IMG/VR virus record: IMGVR_UViG_3300021963_000318
Location: 1-37,662 of that record
Source: a virus
Taxonomy: Duplodnaviria; Caudoviricetes
Length of the DNA stretch: 37,662 nt
Direction: 5' to 3' (one strand)
A program made the position numbers and the translations under genes. The first letter of the stretch is position 1; the number at the start of each line of letters is the position of its first letter. Below, piece by piece: positions 35,563 through 37,662 of the stretch. The notes under the pieces are model-generated. The model did not search any database. It worked only from the letters and a program-made list of their open reading frames with translations, and was not told the origin of the DNA.

Positions 35563-36066
35563 TTAAAAAGTTACTGTTTGCCAATAAACATTGCCCATTG
35601 TCCAGACTTGCTCGAAGCTTTTGCCAAAACGTTTTGCATTGATATGACTATTTATGATTTGTGTACAGTTGTCCAAAGATAGGGAAGATGTGTCAAGATT
35701 CAAAACATCTTCATCAACAGGTGTGTCAAAATCTTGTACATGGAAAGATTCTCTACCTCTTTCACCCTTGTATGTTAGGTGAACAAAATAGACATCCTTT
35801 GTCAAACTTCTTAAATAGTCTCTAGCTTCTTTGTAGGGATAGACAAGCGATAGAACAACGTTCTTACCTGTGCTGTTTAGATAGTGAGCAATGTCACTAG
35901 CTCTGTTCAGGTTTTTTATTCTACCCTCTTTAGAATAATCCTTGTTTACAAACAGCTCTCTAAGCTTATCTCCATCTATGTTCACATAGGTGGTGGTCTT
36001 TTTTAATATCTCATTGGCTATAGTGGACTTACCACTATGAGGTTGGCCAAATAACACTATAATCAT
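35563..36066 (-). CDS. cysC: Adenylyl-sulfate (APS) kinase-like P-loop kinase
   Basis: GQPHSGKST, IDGDKLRE, DYSKEGRIKN, VYPY..AR, FDTP. Confidence 0.7.
   Translation of the reverse strand: MIIVLFGQPHSGKSTIANEILKKTTTYVNIDGDKLRELFVNKDYSKEGRIKNLNRASDIAHYLNSTGKNVVLSLVYPYKEARDYLRSLTKDVYFVHLTYKGERGRESFHVQDFDTPVDEDVLNLDTSSLSLDNCTQIINSHINAKRFGKSFEQVWTMGNVYWQTVTF
35571..35639 (-). pseudogene. Orphaned 5' fragment of the nucleotidyltransferase gene
   Basis: MQNVLAKASSKSGQWAMFIGKQ*, matching KSS...QWALFIG of 34658-34996. Confidence 0.65.
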
Positions 36067-36106
36067 ATGTTTCTCAAGATGTTATCAATTTTAAACATTT
36101 AAATGA

Positions 36107-36514
36107 TTATTTCTTCTCATCTACCAGCTTGAAAACCAATGGATAATACTCCTCAGTTTCAATATTAGATAGACTGTCTAATGTCAAGTCAGCTCCCCAT
36201 AATGTTGCTACATTAATAGTCTTATCTGCTTGAAGGAGATCATTATGTTCCTTATTAAATTCAGGAAGGTTTTCATTACTAATACTAATCATTCCATTTT
36301 CTTCTTTGCCATGTTTCTTAAACAGTTCTTTTCTAGCCTCCTCATAGATTTTAATATCTTCAGCTATAGAGTTGTTTAGTCTTTGTAAATACACTTTTAG
36401 CTTAAGAGACATCTTCTGCTTCAAAAGACCTTGTGTTACCACCTGTCCATCTTCCTTTGTAACACCATTGAGTTCATAAAAGAGGGTTATCACCTCATGT
36501 AATTTTAAGTTCAT
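36107..36514 (-). CDS. Hypothetical helical phage protein
   Basis: 135 aa ORF downstream of a promoter. Confidence 0.6.
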   Translation of the reverse strand: MNLKLHEVITLFYELNGVTKEDGQVVTQGLLKQKMSLKLKVYLQRLNNSIAEDIKIYEEARKELFKKHGKEENGMISISNENLPEFNKEHNDLLQADKTINVATLWGADLTLDSLSNIETEEYYPLVFKLVDEKK

Positions 36515-36531
36515 AACTTGTTGATTTTATA

Positions 36532-36563
36532 CAAATATAGTTTGTTTTGTTCACTTAATCAAA
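36532..36563 (-). promoter_or_regulatory. Bacteroidota sigma-type promoter
   Basis: Minus strand TTTG-N20-TATATTTG. Confidence 0.7.
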
Positions 36564-37258
36564 TATTCCCATTTAAATCCGTATGATGTTTTAGCTATAC
36601 CTCTGCAACACCTCCAAATATTACCTTGACTGAATCCTAGTTCTATCTCAGGCCCGTGCATTGAGTTCCAAACTCTTATAAAACCACCGTCAAGACTTTT
36701 CTGGACTATTGGTTTTTGCTTAGATTTTGACATCTTTCTTTTAGTTTCTTCAGAAAGTTTAAATCCTTTTCTCCTAATACAGCTTAACCTAGCAGACTCT
36801 TTGGCTTTATCACTATTTCTTAAACCATTTGTAAGCTTTTCTCTGTACAAAGGATCTTTAAGCCTTTCTCTCATCCTTTTAGCCATCGCAGCCCTTTGCT
36901 CTAGTGTAAAAATTCTTTTTTTATTAGCCTCCCCAATAGCTTTTCTGTGCTCTTTGGAAATTATGGCTCCAAGGTTCCCTTCTCCACCATCAGTAAGATT
37001 GGCTAAAATACCAGTTTTATTATTTAGTCTTCCATATTTAGCTATAAGCTCTTTCTCTTTTTGGCAAGCATCTTCCCAAGATAGATTGTCATATATAATT
37101 TCCACTTTGTAGGAGGTTTTGTTGGCAATTCTTTGCCATATTTTGTTCCTACCTTTCTTTCTGTATGCTCTATTATAATACTTAGAAGACCCTATACCGA
37201 TATAAAAAGGCTCGTTTTTGTCGAGCCTAATGTGTTGATAGACATAAGTGGCGGTCAT
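36551..37258 (-). CDS. Free-standing GIY-YIG-type homing endonuclease with NUMOD3/NUMOD1 domains
   Basis: YVYQH...FYIGIG, RA, EKELI, NLTDGGEG; LSEETKRKMS; C-terminal HTH with YGFKW. Confidence 0.8.
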   Translation of the reverse strand: MTATYVYQHIRLDKNEPFYIGIGSSKYYNRAYRKKGRNKIWQRIANKTSYKVEIIYDNLSWEDACQKEKELIAKYGRLNNKTGILANLTDGGEGNLGAIISKEHRKAIGEANKKRIFTLEQRAAMAKRMRERLKDPLYREKLTNGLRNSDKAKESARLSCIRRKGFKLSEETKRKMSKSKQKPIVQKSLDGGFIRVWNSMHGPEIELGFSQGNIWRCCRGIAKTSYGFKWEYLIK

Positions 37259-37262
37259 CTAG

Positions 37263-37604
37263 TTAATTACCATTTAACCAAGGAAGAGGAAGTGATATTA
37301 CAGGAGGATTTATTTGATTCTCAATCTGTTGTGCTAAACTAGCATCAATTGCTTGCGTGTCTAACACTTCTTCCAACCAGCCAATTACAATCTCTTCTGT
37401 AAGATCTTCATAAGGAATGAAATCTTCAGGAGAAGGAAGAGGAAGACTCACTGTCCTATATGTATCAGCAAAATAGGTTTTTCCATCCACTTCAGATGTT
37501 GCGTTGCGTCTATAATGCACTGTAAACACTACATCCGTCAGATTGTCAGAAGTTTGTGGGTATTCATCCATTGAGGATATCACCCAGTTGTAAATAATAG
37601 TCAT
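37263..37604 (-). CDS. Acidic tail-associated hypothetical protein
   Basis: YNWVI...FIPYEDLTEE.VIGW...LPW pattern common next to phage tail fibre genes. Confidence 0.5.
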   Translation of the reverse strand: MTIIYNWVISSMDEYPQTSDNLTDVVFTVHYRRNATSEVDGKTYFADTYRTVSLPLPSPEDFIPYEDLTEEIVIGWLEEVLDTQAIDASLAQQIENQINPPVISLPLPWLNGN

Positions 37605-37662
37605 AAGTTATTGAATTTTAATTGTTTAAATGTTTTGTTTTTTTTTTTTTTTTTCCAATTTT

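Noticed and set aside
34998-35570. Group I intron around the HNH-like endonuclease
   Set aside because: Only about 18 nt and 1 nt of non-coding flank, too little for a ribozyme core; the downstream gene has its own start
37638-37654. T17 homopolymer as a phase-variable element
   Set aside because: At the window edge with no convincing promoter match around it; may be a sequencing or assembly artefact
1-37662. Stop-codon reassignment as seen in some crAss-like phages
   Set aside because: Genes are full length and tightly packed under code 11; TAG ends the genes at 11184 and 14310 and TGA is used in many overlaps
1-37662. CRISPR array, tRNA or rRNA genes
   Set aside because: No regularly spaced repeats or cloverleaf/rRNA-like segments seen; intergenic gaps are short

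Overview
A 37.7 kb segment of a dsDNA tailed phage, probably infecting a Bacteroidota host and crAss-like or Flavobacterium-phage-like. Support: repeated TTTG-N19-21-TAnnTTTG host-type promoters and the gene content. The standard genetic code fits. 1-17.9 kb (+) is a replication, recombination and nucleotide-metabolism arm: DnaB-like helicase, SF2 helicase, AAA ATPase, primase, an atypical uracil-DNA glycosylase, HNH and PD-(D/E)XK nucleases, an intein-split class II RNR, RecA, dUTPase and a GT2. 17.9-31 kb (-) holds two more GT2s and a beta-propeller, a promoter-to-terminator operon of eight Lys/Arg-rich mini-proteins built from xxGG-delimited modules, a Dps-like protein, paralogous Ser/Thr-rich surface-type proteins flanking an HPAT/SGT1-like glycosyltransferase, and a GH19 lysis cassette with a structured leader. 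31.2-34.6 kb (+) is a four-domain methyltransferase/GT/GT4/Aah-TibC-like fusion. The end (-) has an APS-kinase-like gene, a nucleotidyltransferase disrupted by a homing endonuclease, and a GIY-YIG gene. The best candidates for new systems are the basic GG-motif protein operon (possible protease-matured DNA-condensing core) and a multi-enzyme protein O-glycosylation system. All family calls come from motif recognition by eye; no searches were run.
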